From: Amphiscolops sp. MND2022
Taxonomy: Eukaryota
Assembly: GCA_964187785.1 (NCBI GenBank)
Contig: OZ076421.1
Span: 48,112,001 to 48,176,000, forward strand
Length of the DNA stretch: 64,000 nucleotides
Direction: 5' to 3'
In this document: piece by piece, positions 52,301 to 58,765 of the stretch
Layout of the letters: each line of letters starts with the position of its first letter
How positions within the stretch are numbered: the first letter of the stretch is position 1
The notes under the pieces: model-generated
Databases searched by the model: none
Told to the model about the DNA's origin: nothing
Seen by the model: the letters and a program-made list of their open reading frames with translations, nothing else
Program-made: the position numbers and the translations under genes

Positions 52301-55300
52301 CATCAGACGAGGAACAGGTCGGATACACAAAACCCGCAACGAGGAAGAAGGCCACGTTCACGGCTAAAAAGAGAAACACGGAGCGGAACTGCCACTTCTG
52401 CGGAAAATCCAACTGGACACCCGACCACACTTGCCCAGCACGGAAGGCAAAATGTAACAACTGTAAGAAGTCCGGTCATTTTGCAAAGGTCTGCCGATCA
52501 AGAACCGTAAACCGGATACAAGAGGAAGATACCGGTAGCAACACGGAATCATGGCCAGAAATTGACCATATTCAGTCCGTCAACGGCATAAATCGAGTAG
52601 ACTTCTACAAAGCCATCCTATTGGTGGACGGACAACCAATTGAATTCATAATTGACACCGGCTCTCCAGTAACGATTATCCCACCAATTATCACTCCAAA
52701 ACAAATGAAAGCGACTTCAAAGTGTTTCGTGGACGTAAACAAAAACCCGATAGAATTCAAAGGCGAAGCAATAGTTGAGGTCAAAACAGAGAAAACAAAA
52801 GTGATGTTGCCAATCTTAATAACCGAGAAAAAGAATACACAACCCTTGCTGGGATTGGATTGGCTAGATAAATTGGAAATCGGTTTACAAGGAAGCCACG
52901 AAACAAACATCATCAGGAGCATAACCACAAACGAAAAAGGTGAGAAAATTTTTAAAGAATTCGAGGACCTTTTTAAAAACAATCACACCATAAAAAACTT
53001 AACCATAGACATTCAATTGAAAAAAGACGCAAAACCGATACAACAAAAGGGGAGACCAGTACCAATACACTTTCAAAAAATCGTAAAAAAAGAATTAGAA
53101 AAATTAATCGAAAAAGGACATTTGGAAAAAGCTGATAAAACAACTGAAAACTGCTTTGTCTCACCAGCCGTTATAACAATCAAAAAAGACAAATCAGTAA
53201 AAATTGCACTAGACTCCCGGAAACTAAACGAATCTTGCATAAAAAGAAAAGCAACAATGCCAAATATGGAGGAACTAATCAGTCAAATTTCCGCAAAAAT
53301 TACACAAAATAACGGCGAAATTTGGATGTCCAAAATTGATTTAGATTATGCATATGGACAGGCCAAACTATCCGCAGAAGCATCAAGACACTGCGTGTTC
53401 TCCATCATTGGCGGCGATTTCACGGGACACTACCGGTTCAAGAAGGGATTCTACGGCCTATCTGACATACCAACGGTATTTCAAGAACATATAGATAAGG
53501 TCCTAGAATTCAAAACGCCGGTATGGTTAGATGACATCATTTGCGTCACAAACGGAACGATAGAAGAACACGATCGGGAACTACGCGAAGTTCTAATAAA
53601 ATTGCAAGAAGCCGGTTACCGAGCGAGTGAAAGAAAAACAGAACTGTTCAAAAAAGAGCTAACCTGGTTAGGGTACTTGATAAACCAAGAAGGGGTAAAG
53701 CCAATTAAAGATAAAACCGAGGCTATAACAAAATTAAAAGCCCCCACAAACACAAAAGAGCTAAAATCTTTTCTGGGCTCAATACAACATTTATCAAAAT
53801 TTTTGAACAACTTGTCTAAAAAGACCGACAGAATGAGAAAATTACTCAAGAAAGACGTAAAATGGGAATGGACGAAAGAAATAAACGATGATTTTGAACA
53901 ACTAAAAAAGGAAATAACCGAAACACCATGTCTAGCACACTTCGACCCAAAGAAAGATAATTTCATAACCACCGACGCCTGTAATACTGGATTAGGGGCA
54001 ACCCTATGGCAGAAAGAAAATGAAACATTCAGACCGGTGGCGTTTGCCAGCCGATTTCTCACCGAATGTGAACGAAAATATGCCATAAATGAACTAGAAT
54101 TGCTAGGCGTCTTGTGGGGCCTCGAATATTTCAGATATTACGTTTACGGAAAAAAAGTAAACCTTTTGACCGACCACCAGGCACTACAACCACTGCTAAA
54201 GCGAAACAGGGCCCACAAACAATACAGCGCAAGATTAACACGGTGGCTTGACCGATTGAGCCATTTCGATGTCAACGTGCAATACACCGCTGGTAAAAAC
54301 ATTCCGTTAACAGATTACTTAAGCCGTCATCCGATCATACACGAACACGAAACGGAAACGCCACACGAAGGCGATGAAAGCGAAGCCGAAGAGGAATTCG
54401 TAATCAATCAGATATACGGCTTATTCGAGTTCAATCGTACGAACGGCAGTATTACGCAACATATGCGACGACCACCACCGGTAAAGAATTCCGACCAATC
54501 AGAACGCAGAACGCAAATACGCAAACAAAACGACCGCGAACATTCAATCCAAACTTTCTCACCGCAAAAAGATATTGACTCACCAAACAATTCAAACCTT
54601 GATTCGCAAGCACCGAAAATGTCAAAGATGGATAAAGTAAACGGAATCGATTTACAGTTTATATTCAAAAAACGGGGACATTCCCCAGAAACTAGCCGTC
54701 TACGGACCGAACGATTTAAACTTCTTCAACCAAATCGAACCAGAATTGTGGGAAAAGGCAAGGACAACGAGCGGATATTGGAATATCGTCCTTCACAACA
54801 AGACCGAAAAGAAATTGAGAAATTAAACATCTTGATTTACAATAGATTCTTTTACCATTGTGAGAAACTCGGGACCACCCCACTCAGGGAATTTAACGAA
54901 AACCAACACGAGTCTTGGATAAACACCTCGTCAGACAATGAAAGCCAGATTAGCCACGTAAAAACCGAAAAGTGCCCAACAAATATCCTCAAAAAGTTCA
55001 AAAAACATGAGAGCATCAATCTTATCAGATTGAAACAAACAGCGAAGCGAAATGTCCTGCCAGAAGAACGAAACGAGAAAACAGCCGAAACGATCAGAAG
55101 AGCCGAAAGAGACTTTTCCATGGATTTACCTCTACTAGTTGAGGAAACTGCACAGGACACTAAAATACTTGACGCAATTATCGCGCTAGAAGCTGGAAAA
55201 AGAGACGGTATCTTCTACCCATACCGACCACACCGTGAACATCTGGAGACCAGATTTGGACTACTATTCTACAATGATAGAATAGTCATCCCAGAAGCAA

Positions 55301-58300
55301 TGCGGTCAACCATAATTGCCATGCTACACAGCGGCCATGTCTCGATTAACAAAATGGACAAATCAGCAGAAGCATTTTGGTGGCCGGGACTACATCGGGA
55401 CATTAGAGAAAAGGCAGAAAACTGCCCCAGTTGCCGAGTAGCAGGTAAGAATCTAAAAACACAATTACCGCAAACGGAAATAAATAGGCTCGAACTTTTA
55501 ACCGAACCCGGCCAAGAAATTCAATTGGACTTCGCCGGTCCAATCAAATCAAAATCGCGCGGAGACATTTACATTTTAGTAGCCATCGACCGTTTTAGCA
55601 AATGGCCAACCGCACAAATTTGCAAAAATACGGACTCTCGGACCGTAATAAAGTTTTTAACAAAATACTGCACCGACAACGGAACACCGAAAACGATACG
55701 CACCGACAACGGTAGCTGTTTTAAAAGCAACGAGTTTAAAGATTACTGCAACGGTGAAAACATTAAACGAATTAGGTGTACCCCGAATTTACATACGGGA
55801 AACGGATTGGTCGAGAGAACGATACGCACAATTAAGTCATTAACAAGAGCCAATTTAGAAGACGGCCTAACTTTTGAAGAAAGCGTCGCAAGGGCAATTA
55901 AAACAATTAGACAAACACCACACAACATACTGAAAATGACTCCCTTTCAATTACACCACGGACGAAAACCACGCACACCGATCACCAATCTGATTGGACA
56001 ACCCACCTGCCTATTAGCGGACTGGAAGAAAACATTAACCAATTATTTTTTAGCACAACCGGCGGAGCTACAAGTTTTTACAGTCCACGATTCCGACGGG
56101 GAACTCGCAGATTATTTGGTCCTCAACGAGTCAAGGAAGAGGGGTAGATCGGTAAGAGACAATTTTAAAAGTTACCAATTTTTTGAAAAGGATACCAAGC
56201 CCAATGCAATGAAATGCAGGTTCAAAACCAATAAAATTTTAACCGCAGCTAATGAGACTAAACATACGATAACCACAACCGATGGAAAGGTTATCCACAA
56301 AAAACTAGCATCTAACCCCTTTAAATTTCAGCCAGCAAAGAAAACAGAAGAGCCGAGGAAACCCACCAACAGATGCACCAGATGCGGCCGATTCAGTCAC
56401 GATGATCTATGTGACACCCACAAAAGAATCCGTTCCGAACAACAGGGACAATCAACGAGCGCAGATAAAACCATCCCCACAATGCCAATTGAAAGGTCCG
56501 AAGCACGACCGGATATCACGGTAATATCCGACAGCCAGTCATCACACGCGGATGAATTACCGAGCACGGCAAACATTGATCCGGAACTAACCATTACAGC
56601 CGAAATTAAATACGACGATGCCGTGAAACCAATAGAAGAGACTCGAGAGAACGAAACTCCCGCCATATCTCCACCAGTGGACTGCAGCACGGAGAAAACA
56701 AAGCGTACTGCTAAGGACTTCGACAACACCCCTACTGGGTCGCCACAAAAAATACACACGTCCCCAAATAGAGGTGTAGTAGAACTTAATTTAGACGGGG
56801 GGGAAAATATAGAAAACAAGGTGGTAGAAAAAGGGATCCGCAGATCAGACAGAATAAAATCTGCAAAAAGAGTAGTAAAAATGGGAGGAATAGAATATTT
56901 CTAACAAAATCTGAATTTAGATCCAAAGTCAAAGAACATTGGAAAAGCCAACGTCTCCCGCCGCAGCCCAAAGAACACAACAAAGACGGAAACTAACAAG
57001 AAACCCGGCGAGAATTGAGGTCGCTCTCACCAATCCCGAGGAGGGGGGAATGAAGAGAGAATAGTCTAGACAACAGTAATTAGATACCTGCCAATGAACT
57101 TACATTGTCCTCTAGACTATATTCATTTGATGCAAACTTTACGTTGAGTACAGTGATACTTTGTATGTTACATTACCTACACATTCTTAACTTGAACATC
57201 TTACTTCAAACTTTTTATCGAGTCTATAACAATTTCGTTTTTGAATTTTTTAAATATTTCGGTTTTTTTTAAAAAAGGAAACTATAATTGTCTTAAAGTT
57301 AGCTTAAATCTGTAAAAACTTAAAATCTTAAATCTGTAAAAAGTTAACTAGTTTTCCATGAATAAAAGCGATACTCTGGCGTTTCTATCCACTGGGTGTA
57401 GCCACTATTTTTAGTCAGCGTTTTCGAAGAAAATCCCGACTCTTACAGTGGCTAGTTTTTTTTTCGTCAGTTCAACGCGTAACTTCCACTTTTTGTGCAT
57501 TAAGGCAATTAATGCACATTTACCAACTTTTACCATATGTACTTAGTACTTCATTTTCAACGCATCCAAAGCGTCTAACATGAGATAAAAAGCGTCCCCC
57601 TTTTACATTTTTAGGCACTATGCGACTTACAGGAAACTTCGAAAAAAAAATTTCAAAAAAAATTCGGAAATTTTTTTTCTCAATTTTTAGTTTTTTGAGA
57701 GCTTTTGTTGTCTCCAGTTGTAGAAAAAGTGGTTTTCGAGTCTTTTTGAGCCTTAGATATGGCGCCGACTTGGGCCGTTCCCGGCTTGTTTTTTGTTTTT
57801 TTTTCTGGGAATTGTAAATGGGAAAAAGTTAGCAGGTTGAAAAAATATTAGATCAGCAACCAAAGATCAAAGGTTGTGGTGTTTTGTGATGAGAAAGAGC
57901 TGTCAGTCGTAAAAATCCTAATATTTGATTTTTGTTGGTATACGGCTCGATTCTGAAAATCATATATAGTTTGACTATTGAATTCGAAATGTTTCTTGAA
58001 AAATAAACAGATTGTAAAAGAAAAGCTTAATATGCAAAAAATTGCGCCGAGGTTCCATTTCATTCGAAGTTGTTAATTCTTAGTATTTGAAAATGGTCGA
58101 AGCAGAAAGGTTGCATTTTTGGTTTCTTAAAACTTCCAAACATTGCAGTGTTACAGAAAAATGAAATTTGGAGACAAAAATAGGTAGTCCGCTAACTTTC
58201 TGGAAAGTATATAGAGTTTGACTCTTGAATTTGAGATTTTTCGAGAAACATACAACTTTCTGACAAATTGTGTAGAGCATGGCTCATTATGTTAAAGGTC

Positions 58301-58765
58301 CCTACCATTGGAAGTTTTTAAAATCTCAGTGATGTCATAGCTTGAACAAAAGCTACGAAAATCATGATCGGAAAGAACAAATTGCATTTTTTGGTTTTTG
58401 GAAGTCGGTTCTATGAAGTTTGCAAATACTGCACGATACAGTTTTGACATGAATGTTATTTGAAAGCAGGCATTATTCGGCTTGTAAGACATCACCTTTA
58501 AAGCTTCTTCAAATTTCTAAACAATGCAAAAGGCAGTTGAATGAGTTACAAATGTTTTTTGAAGACAAAAATAGGCAGTCAGCTGTAAGACAGGAGCTTT
58601 TTCACTACTAACTAACCGTAATATACTAACTAACCATAAATGTTTTGAAAGTCTTGTTTGACCTGGGAGCTGAATTGGGCGCTGGTTGATTGTAGACACA
58701 GCAAGAAGAGCAATAGGAAACAGGACAGGGTCCTCACAGAACACTTTCCATGGGCCGAAAAGTGC
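1074..58765 (-). CDS. Spliced contactin-like / L1-branch Ig-superfamily cell-adhesion gene (signal peptide + 6 Ig + at least 2 FN3); 19 exons, incomplete at both ends
   Basis: Exons with AG acceptors and GT (one GC) donors join in frame, 2921 nt in total. Ig motifs include GPKVTEQP, C..W, GxYxC and GNLY..D...Y.C; FN3 motifs include FRVVALNALGASAPS and NELGEGPLSP. The linker AAYVGEFDPTERE resembles the contactin Ig1-Ig2 linker. Family assignment is from motif recall. Confidence 0.88.
1379..3351. mobile_element. Foldback-like non-autonomous element made of two ~950-bp tandem units (1443-2392, 2393-3340)
   Basis: Inverted ends gaataacgtctaaa / tttagacgttattc; inverted subrepeat arrays gaaataggactaa versus ttagttcta/ttagtcc; GC-rich core recurs inverted at about 6790-7030. 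Confidence 0.7.
4604..4830 (-). CDS. Exon 18: end of FN3-1 and start of FN3-2 (...FRVVALNALGASAPSLP...GAPT...AIAFD)
   Basis: gtttatag acceptor and GTAAGT donor; 227 nt, phase 1 to 0. Confidence 0.88.
5666..6717 (-). mobile_element. Inverted HINE-like copy interrupted by the family X MITE and a 55-bp tandem duplication (6201-6310)
   Basis: aacaagccggg...gagtcggcgccatatc at 5666-5700; gcgccgactaaaaa at 6704-6717; aaaggggaccc repeats. Confidence 0.5.
5729..6190. mobile_element. MITE family X copy (462 bp)
   Basis: ttttctg / cagaaaaga ends with poly-C/poly-G tracts; flanking ggacttcc / tgacttcc; interior homologous to 23626-24036 and about 34140-34520. Confidence 0.7.
7035..7692. mobile_element. 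658-bp MITE with perfect 26-bp TIRs (CATTACGACGCCAAACAGGGAACTTT), flanked by CG
   Basis: TIRs read at both ends; internal GTGGATTCTT/GAAGAATCC subrepeats; empty site tttacggaagg at 10752-10762. Confidence 0.93.
7931..8495 (+). mobile_element. Helentron/HINE-like non-autonomous element (duplicate at about 10994-11559)
   Basis: 5' tttagtcggcg; 3' ...gccgactt...gttcccgg.ttgtt (short inverted sub-TIR plus small hairpin); T-rich flanks. Confidence 0.55.
9256..10620 (+). mobile_element. 3'-truncated duplicate of element A (LTR 9256-9461, PBS, PR/RT fragments)
   Basis: Near-identical to 12320-13684 at an offset of 3064; ends abruptly at the duplication junction. Confidence 0.92.
12320..16869 (+). 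mobile_element. Decayed, gag-deleted Ty3/gypsy LTR element (element A)
   Basis: LTRs at 12320-12525 (206 bp) and 16673-16869 (197 bp; several substitutions and a 9-bp deletion); PBS TGGCGCAGTC; PPT at 16661-16672; flanks gacca/gacta; frameshifted PR, RT, RH and IN fragments. Confidence 0.93.
14746..15771 (+). pseudogene. Integrase fragment of element A
   Basis: WWPKL...CNECIPC, LDFIGP, IDRYSGWP, IRTGKG (second catalytic Asp apparently changed to Gly), GLVER. Confidence 0.88.
16957..17211 (-). CDS. Exon 17: first half of FN3-1 (GYPPRPANV...LSWGNPGTGNAEDSLPIDKFVVQ...FQNIT)
   Basis: ctgtttcag acceptor and GTTAGC donor; 255 nt, phase 1 to 1. Confidence 0.85.
17878..18007 (-). CDS. Exon 16: end of Ig6 (VGDGRQKGTLRIYRAQKWQQGTYTCCYMT...VSVI)
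   Basis: tattccag acceptor and GTTAGT donor; 130 nt, phase 0 to 1; GTLRI...GTYTC motif. Confidence 0.88.
18467..18571 (-). CDS. Exon 15: Ig6 insertion, ELEAEEAVVLKYYGTDISWYVEPLFTRREDLHYVM
   Basis: GTAAGT donor; 105 nt, symmetric phase 0 to 0; the acceptor (gaacag) has a weak pyrimidine tract. Confidence 0.65.
19217..19624. mobile_element. MULE/foldback-like MITE (408 bp) with 9-bp TSD
   Basis: GGTGA...TCACC ends; AAAACTTTT on both flanks (19208-19216, 19625-19633); inverted agctccgaa / ttcggagct subrepeats. Confidence 0.8.
22232..23331 (-). mobile_element. Decayed Tc1/mariner element
   Basis: ORF 22701-23054 has a GHP.K...ISIRTMHRAL..KGF..K.R...L...HK HTH-like motif; ORF 22399-22662 resembles the transposase C-terminus; degenerate ~100-bp TIRs (aaaaaagtgacaaaatatttc / gaaacattttgtcactttttt); left end TA|CAGT. 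Confidence 0.72.
23481..23532 (-). CDS. Exon 14 (tentative): Ig6 insertion, SNAGVRRGVTSEEQLRE
   Basis: ctctgtgcag acceptor; only the phase-2 frame is open, as required. The GTCAAC donor was chosen to give phase 0; the frame otherwise runs on to a TAA at 23418-23420. Confidence 0.55.
23626..24036. mobile_element. MITE family X copy (411 bp)
   Basis: Inverted ends; ATGTATTT direct repeat on both flanks (23618-23625, 24037-24044). Confidence 0.75.
24654..24795. repeat. 15-bp minisatellite (catgtatggcaccat), about 9 copies
   Basis: Read directly. Confidence 0.93.
25304..25467. mobile_element. Short (164-bp) MITE with family X-type ends
   Basis: Perfect TIR ggtcttttctgttattccccccccc; CTAAGATCA on both flanks (25295-25303, 25469-25477). 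Confidence 0.8.
25968..26080 (+). pseudogene. tRNA-derived SINE-like head
   Basis: CAGTTGGTAG (A box) and GGTTCGAAACC (B box), then aattttttatggctgg; a related fragment lies at about 17232-17330. Confidence 0.5.
26162..26333 (-). CDS. Exon 13: start of Ig6 (PQVDLQVTQE...LDLECNLGSENPDEGHFVWLLDGKEL...EIES)
   Basis: atttcag acceptor and GTAAGT donor; 172 nt, phase 1 to 2. Confidence 0.85.
26360..26669. mobile_element. TIR-type MITE family Y copy; a second copy lies at 39021-39286 in the opposite orientation
   Basis: Shared tacccggttaaacaatcgaactc core; aagagcaaataa / ttatttgctc inverted subrepeats. Confidence 0.6.
27016..27701. repeat. 271/272-bp direct repeat pair (27016-27286, 27430-27701) with 143-bp spacer
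   Basis: Copies identical by eye except a 1-bp indel. Confidence 0.93.
28395..29020. mobile_element. Element with terminal arrays of (C)ACCGGTG(G) palindromes
   Basis: Motif arrays at both ends; core gcgtcc..aatgctac.cgggccat also at about 21845-21890 and 46622-46665; end-like fragment at 5035-5200. Confidence 0.5.
30602..30754 (-). CDS. Exon 12: Ig5 (RSISNSSKYQMWLDGTLYLTKVDKDDNGDYKCIAQ...FTVIVI)
   Basis: tttgtgcag acceptor and GTGAGT donor; 153 nt, phase 1 to 1; DGTLxLxxVxxxDxGxYxC motif. Confidence 0.92.
31022..31912. repeat. 30-bp minisatellite (ttttggtagtttttgtctgatcttggaagg), about 30 copies, with 180-bp higher-order repeat
   Basis: Read directly; 31321-31860 is three exact 180-bp blocks. 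Confidence 0.98.
32260..32394 (-). CDS. Exon 11: start of Ig5 (EVEPIFVNQF...GKLHCNPFAIPIPIFSWSFQG)
   Basis: tatttttcag acceptor; weak GTTATC donor chosen by phase; 135 nt, phase 1 to 1. Confidence 0.8.
34140..34520. mobile_element. Degenerate MITE family X copy
   Basis: Shares caaactttgttcac, aaatcaacagc..ctgttttgagtca and ggggcagaaaaga with the other copies. Confidence 0.55.
35092..35255 (-). CDS. Exon 10: Ig4 (WYYQGKPI...AAGMYQCEAYNEHGNAVSTAQLMVE)
   Basis: tttttgttccag acceptor and GTGAGC donor; 164 nt, phase 2 to 1; GMYQCxAxNxHG is typical of contactin/L1 Ig4. Confidence 0.92.
36363..36465 (-). CDS. Exon 9: start of Ig4 (ERPRITKHVEDHQARISQEFTLSCEASGEPAPAYR)
   Basis: ctgtttcag acceptor and GTAGGT donor; 103 nt, phase 1 to 2; CxAxGxPxP motif. 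Confidence 0.88.
36609..36962. repeat. 15-bp minisatellite (actcaacacaagaaa), about 24 copies; about 4 inverted copies at 37142-37205
   Basis: Read directly. Confidence 0.95.
38779..38960 (-). CDS. Exon 8: Ig3 (YDLLTYSW...LEIIGAQLDNNGNYQCSVRN...ELFVF)
   Basis: cttttgctcag acceptor and GTCAGC donor; 182 nt, phase 2 to 1. Confidence 0.88.
40006..41822 (+). mobile_element. Cluster of three HINE-like copies (40006-40522; about 40855-41387; about 41390-41822, head-to-tail)
   Basis: Each ends gagccttagatat(g/a)gcgccgactt...ttgtt; internal aaagggtccccc repeats. Confidence 0.6.
41864..42003 (-). CDS. Exon 7: start of Ig3 (GPRIHVRMSQ...ITMYCIADGG)
   Basis: ttgttgcag acceptor and GTGAGA donor; 140 nt, phase 0 to 2. 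Confidence 0.85.
42626..42846 (-). CDS. Exon 6: Ig2 (LDYFWKR...NGNLYMIKPNREDLNRVYRCVVRN...SYDFIE)
   Basis: tttcag acceptor; 221 nt, phase 1 to 0 if the GC donor GAG|GCAAGC is used. Confidence 0.82.
42892..42960 (-). pseudogene. tRNA-derived SINE head or tRNA pseudogene
   Basis: A-box-like TGGCCAAATAGG and B-box GGTTCGATTCC; anticodon stem pairs poorly; similar remnants at about 34050-34110 and 34650-34700. Confidence 0.5.
46868..46960 (-). CDS. Exon 5: Ig1-Ig2 linker (YVGEFDPTEREETVSANRVAIIACKAPDFFK)
   Basis: gtttcag acceptor and GTAAGT donor; 93 nt, phase 1 to 1. Confidence 0.85.
47275..47422. repeat. Near-perfect ~148-nt palindrome/hairpin
   Basis: Arms 47282-47344 and 47353-47415 (63 bp) with 2 differences and an 8-nt loop; pairing extends about 7 nt further outward. 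Confidence 0.95.
48642..48709 (-). CDS. Exon 4: end of Ig1 (YHCSASNLAGTSISRTRNLYAA)
   Basis: ttcctttcag acceptor and GTTAGT donor; 68 nt, phase 2 to 1; YxCxAxN motif. Not in the ORF track. Confidence 0.88.
49686..49796 (-). CDS. Exon 3: Ig1 (WYRDNVEIQV...GGRLDINNPTEKDEGG)
   Basis: tttttccag acceptor and GTAAGT donor; 111 nt, phase 2 to 2. Confidence 0.88.
49895..50299 (-). pseudogene. Possible old gypsy integrase remnant
   Basis: LSKIHEGALGCKR resembles the IHxGHxGxxK Zn-finger entry; no LTRs seen. Confidence 0.3.
50805..51030 (-). CDS. Exon 2: N-terminal segment and start of Ig1 (DLVFAESRC...GPKVTEQPRNFYF...FVCKASEDMDSISFYK)
   Basis: ttgtcctcag acceptor and GTACGC donor; 226 nt, phase 1 to 2; joins to give FYK-WYRD. 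Confidence 0.82.
51390..57231 (+). mobile_element. Full-length Ty3/gypsy LTR retrotransposon (element B; Mag/SURL-like)
   Basis: TG...CA LTRs at 51390-51570 and 57051-57231 (181 bp, identical by eye); ATTTC TSD at 51385-51389 and 57232-57236; PBS TGGCGCAGTC at 51571; polypurine tract at 57038-57050. Confidence 0.97.
51610..56904 (+). CDS. Single-ORF Gag-Pol polyprotein (1764 aa): gag with Zn knuckles, aspartic protease, RT, RNase H, integrase
   Basis: CNNCKKSGHFAKVC knuckle, FIIDTGS protease, WLDD RT motif, TTDAC...ELE...TDH RNase H, HSGH...CPSC integrase Zn finger, LDFAGP / RTDNG / GLVER core. The PR-RT-RH-IN order marks Ty3/gypsy. Confidence 0.96.
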   Translation: MENTNNNNETDPTAVNQTTVERTERNKYKIPILSDRETDLSKANPKMWWEQISEYIDLTYQKKLDELMEQGTDSMDPHTTYHIKGDVIWALGPKAKHEIMRGQWGKELKDISLQELLKLFKKTFLPTRNVFHSRAQFFNIKQEDGETLDEYWKRLVDIERKCEFNTITPEDIISYKFAATINDKKARDKFIKGPLKLSLILETIELDNYNRKYGDKQTTYKRQRKNSSESTSDEEQVGYTKPATRKKATFTAKKRNTERNCHFCGKSNWTPDHTCPARKAKCNNCKKSGHFAKVCRSRTVNRIQEEDTGSNTESWPEIDHIQSVNGINRVDFYKAILLVDGQPIEFIIDTGSPVTIIPPIITPKQMKATSKCFVDVNKNPIEFKGEAIVEVKTEKTKVMLPILITEKKNTQPLLGLDWLDKLEIGLQGSHETNIIRSITTNEKGEKIFKEFEDLFKNNHTIKNLTIDIQLKKDAKPIQQKGRPVPIHFQKIVKKELEKLIEKGHLEKADKTTENCFVSPAVITIKKDKSVKIALDSRKLNESCIKRKATMPNMEELISQISAKITQNNGEIWMSKIDLDYAYGQAKLSAEASRHCVFSIIGGDFTGHYRFKKGFYGLSDIPTVFQEHIDKVLEFKTPVWLDDIICVTNGTIEEHDRELREVLIKLQEAGYRASERKTELFKKELTWLGYLINQEGVKPIKDKTEAITKLKAPTNTKELKSFLGSIQHLSKFLNNLSKKTDRMRKLLKKDVKWEWTKEINDDFEQLKKEITETPCLAHFDPKKDNFITTDACNTGLGATLWQKENETFRPVAFASRFLTECERKYAINELELLGVLWGLEYFRYYVYGKKVNLLTDHQALQPLLKRNRAHKQYSARLTRWLDRLSHFDVNVQYTAGKNIPLTDYLSRHPIIHEHETETPHEGDESEAEEEFVINQIYGLFEFNRTNGSITQHMRRPPPVKNSDQSERRTQIRKQNDREHSIQTFSPQKDIDSPNNSNLDSQAPKMSKMDKVNGIDLQFIFKKRGHSPETSRLRTERFKLLQPNRTRIVGKGKDNERILEYRPSQQDRKEIEKLNILIYNRFFYHCEKLGTTPLREFNENQHESWINTSSDNESQISHVKTEKCPTNILKKFKKHESINLIRLKQTAKRNVLPEERNEKTAETIRRAERDFSMDLPLLVEETAQDTKILDAIIALEAGKRDGIFYPYRPHREHLETRFGLLFYNDRIVIPEAMRSTIIAMLHSGHVSINKMDKSAEAFWWPGLHRDIREKAENCPSCRVAGKNLKTQLPQTEINRLELLTEPGQEIQLDFAGPIKSKSRGDIYILVAIDRFSKWPTAQICKNTDSRTVIKFLTKYCTDNGTPKTIRTDNGSCFKSNEFKDYCNGENIKRIRCTPNLHTGNGLVERTIRTIKSLTRANLEDGLTFEESVARAIKTIRQTPHNILKMTPFQLHHGRKPRTPITNLIGQPTCLLADWKKTLTNYFLAQPAELQVFTVHDSDGELADYLVLNESRKRGRSVRDNFKSYQFFEKDTKPNAMKCRFKTNKILTAANETKHTITTTDGKVIHKKLASNPFKFQPAKKTEEPRKPTNRCTRCGRFSHDDLCDTHKRIRSEQQGQSTSADKTIPTMPIERSEARPDITVISDSQSSHADELPSTANIDPELTITAEIKYDDAVKPIEETRENETPAISPPVDCSTEKTKRTAKDFDNTPTGSPQKIHTSPNRGVVELNLDGGENIENKVVEKGIRRSDRIKSAKRVVKMGGIEYF
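57408..57790 (+). mobile_element. HINE-like copy
   Basis: ttttagtcagcg start; gagccttagatatggcgccgacttgggccgttcccggcttgtt end. Confidence 0.6.
58635..58765 (-). CDS. Exon 1 (as found): signal peptide, HFSAHGKCSVRTLSCFLLLFLLCLQSTSAQFSSQVKQDFQNIY
   Basis: ttttttctgtttcag acceptor and GTTAGT donor; 131 nt, phase 2 to 1; hydrophobic core followed by STSA/Q; phase matches exon 2. The ATG must lie in an unlocated upstream exon. Confidence 0.75.
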
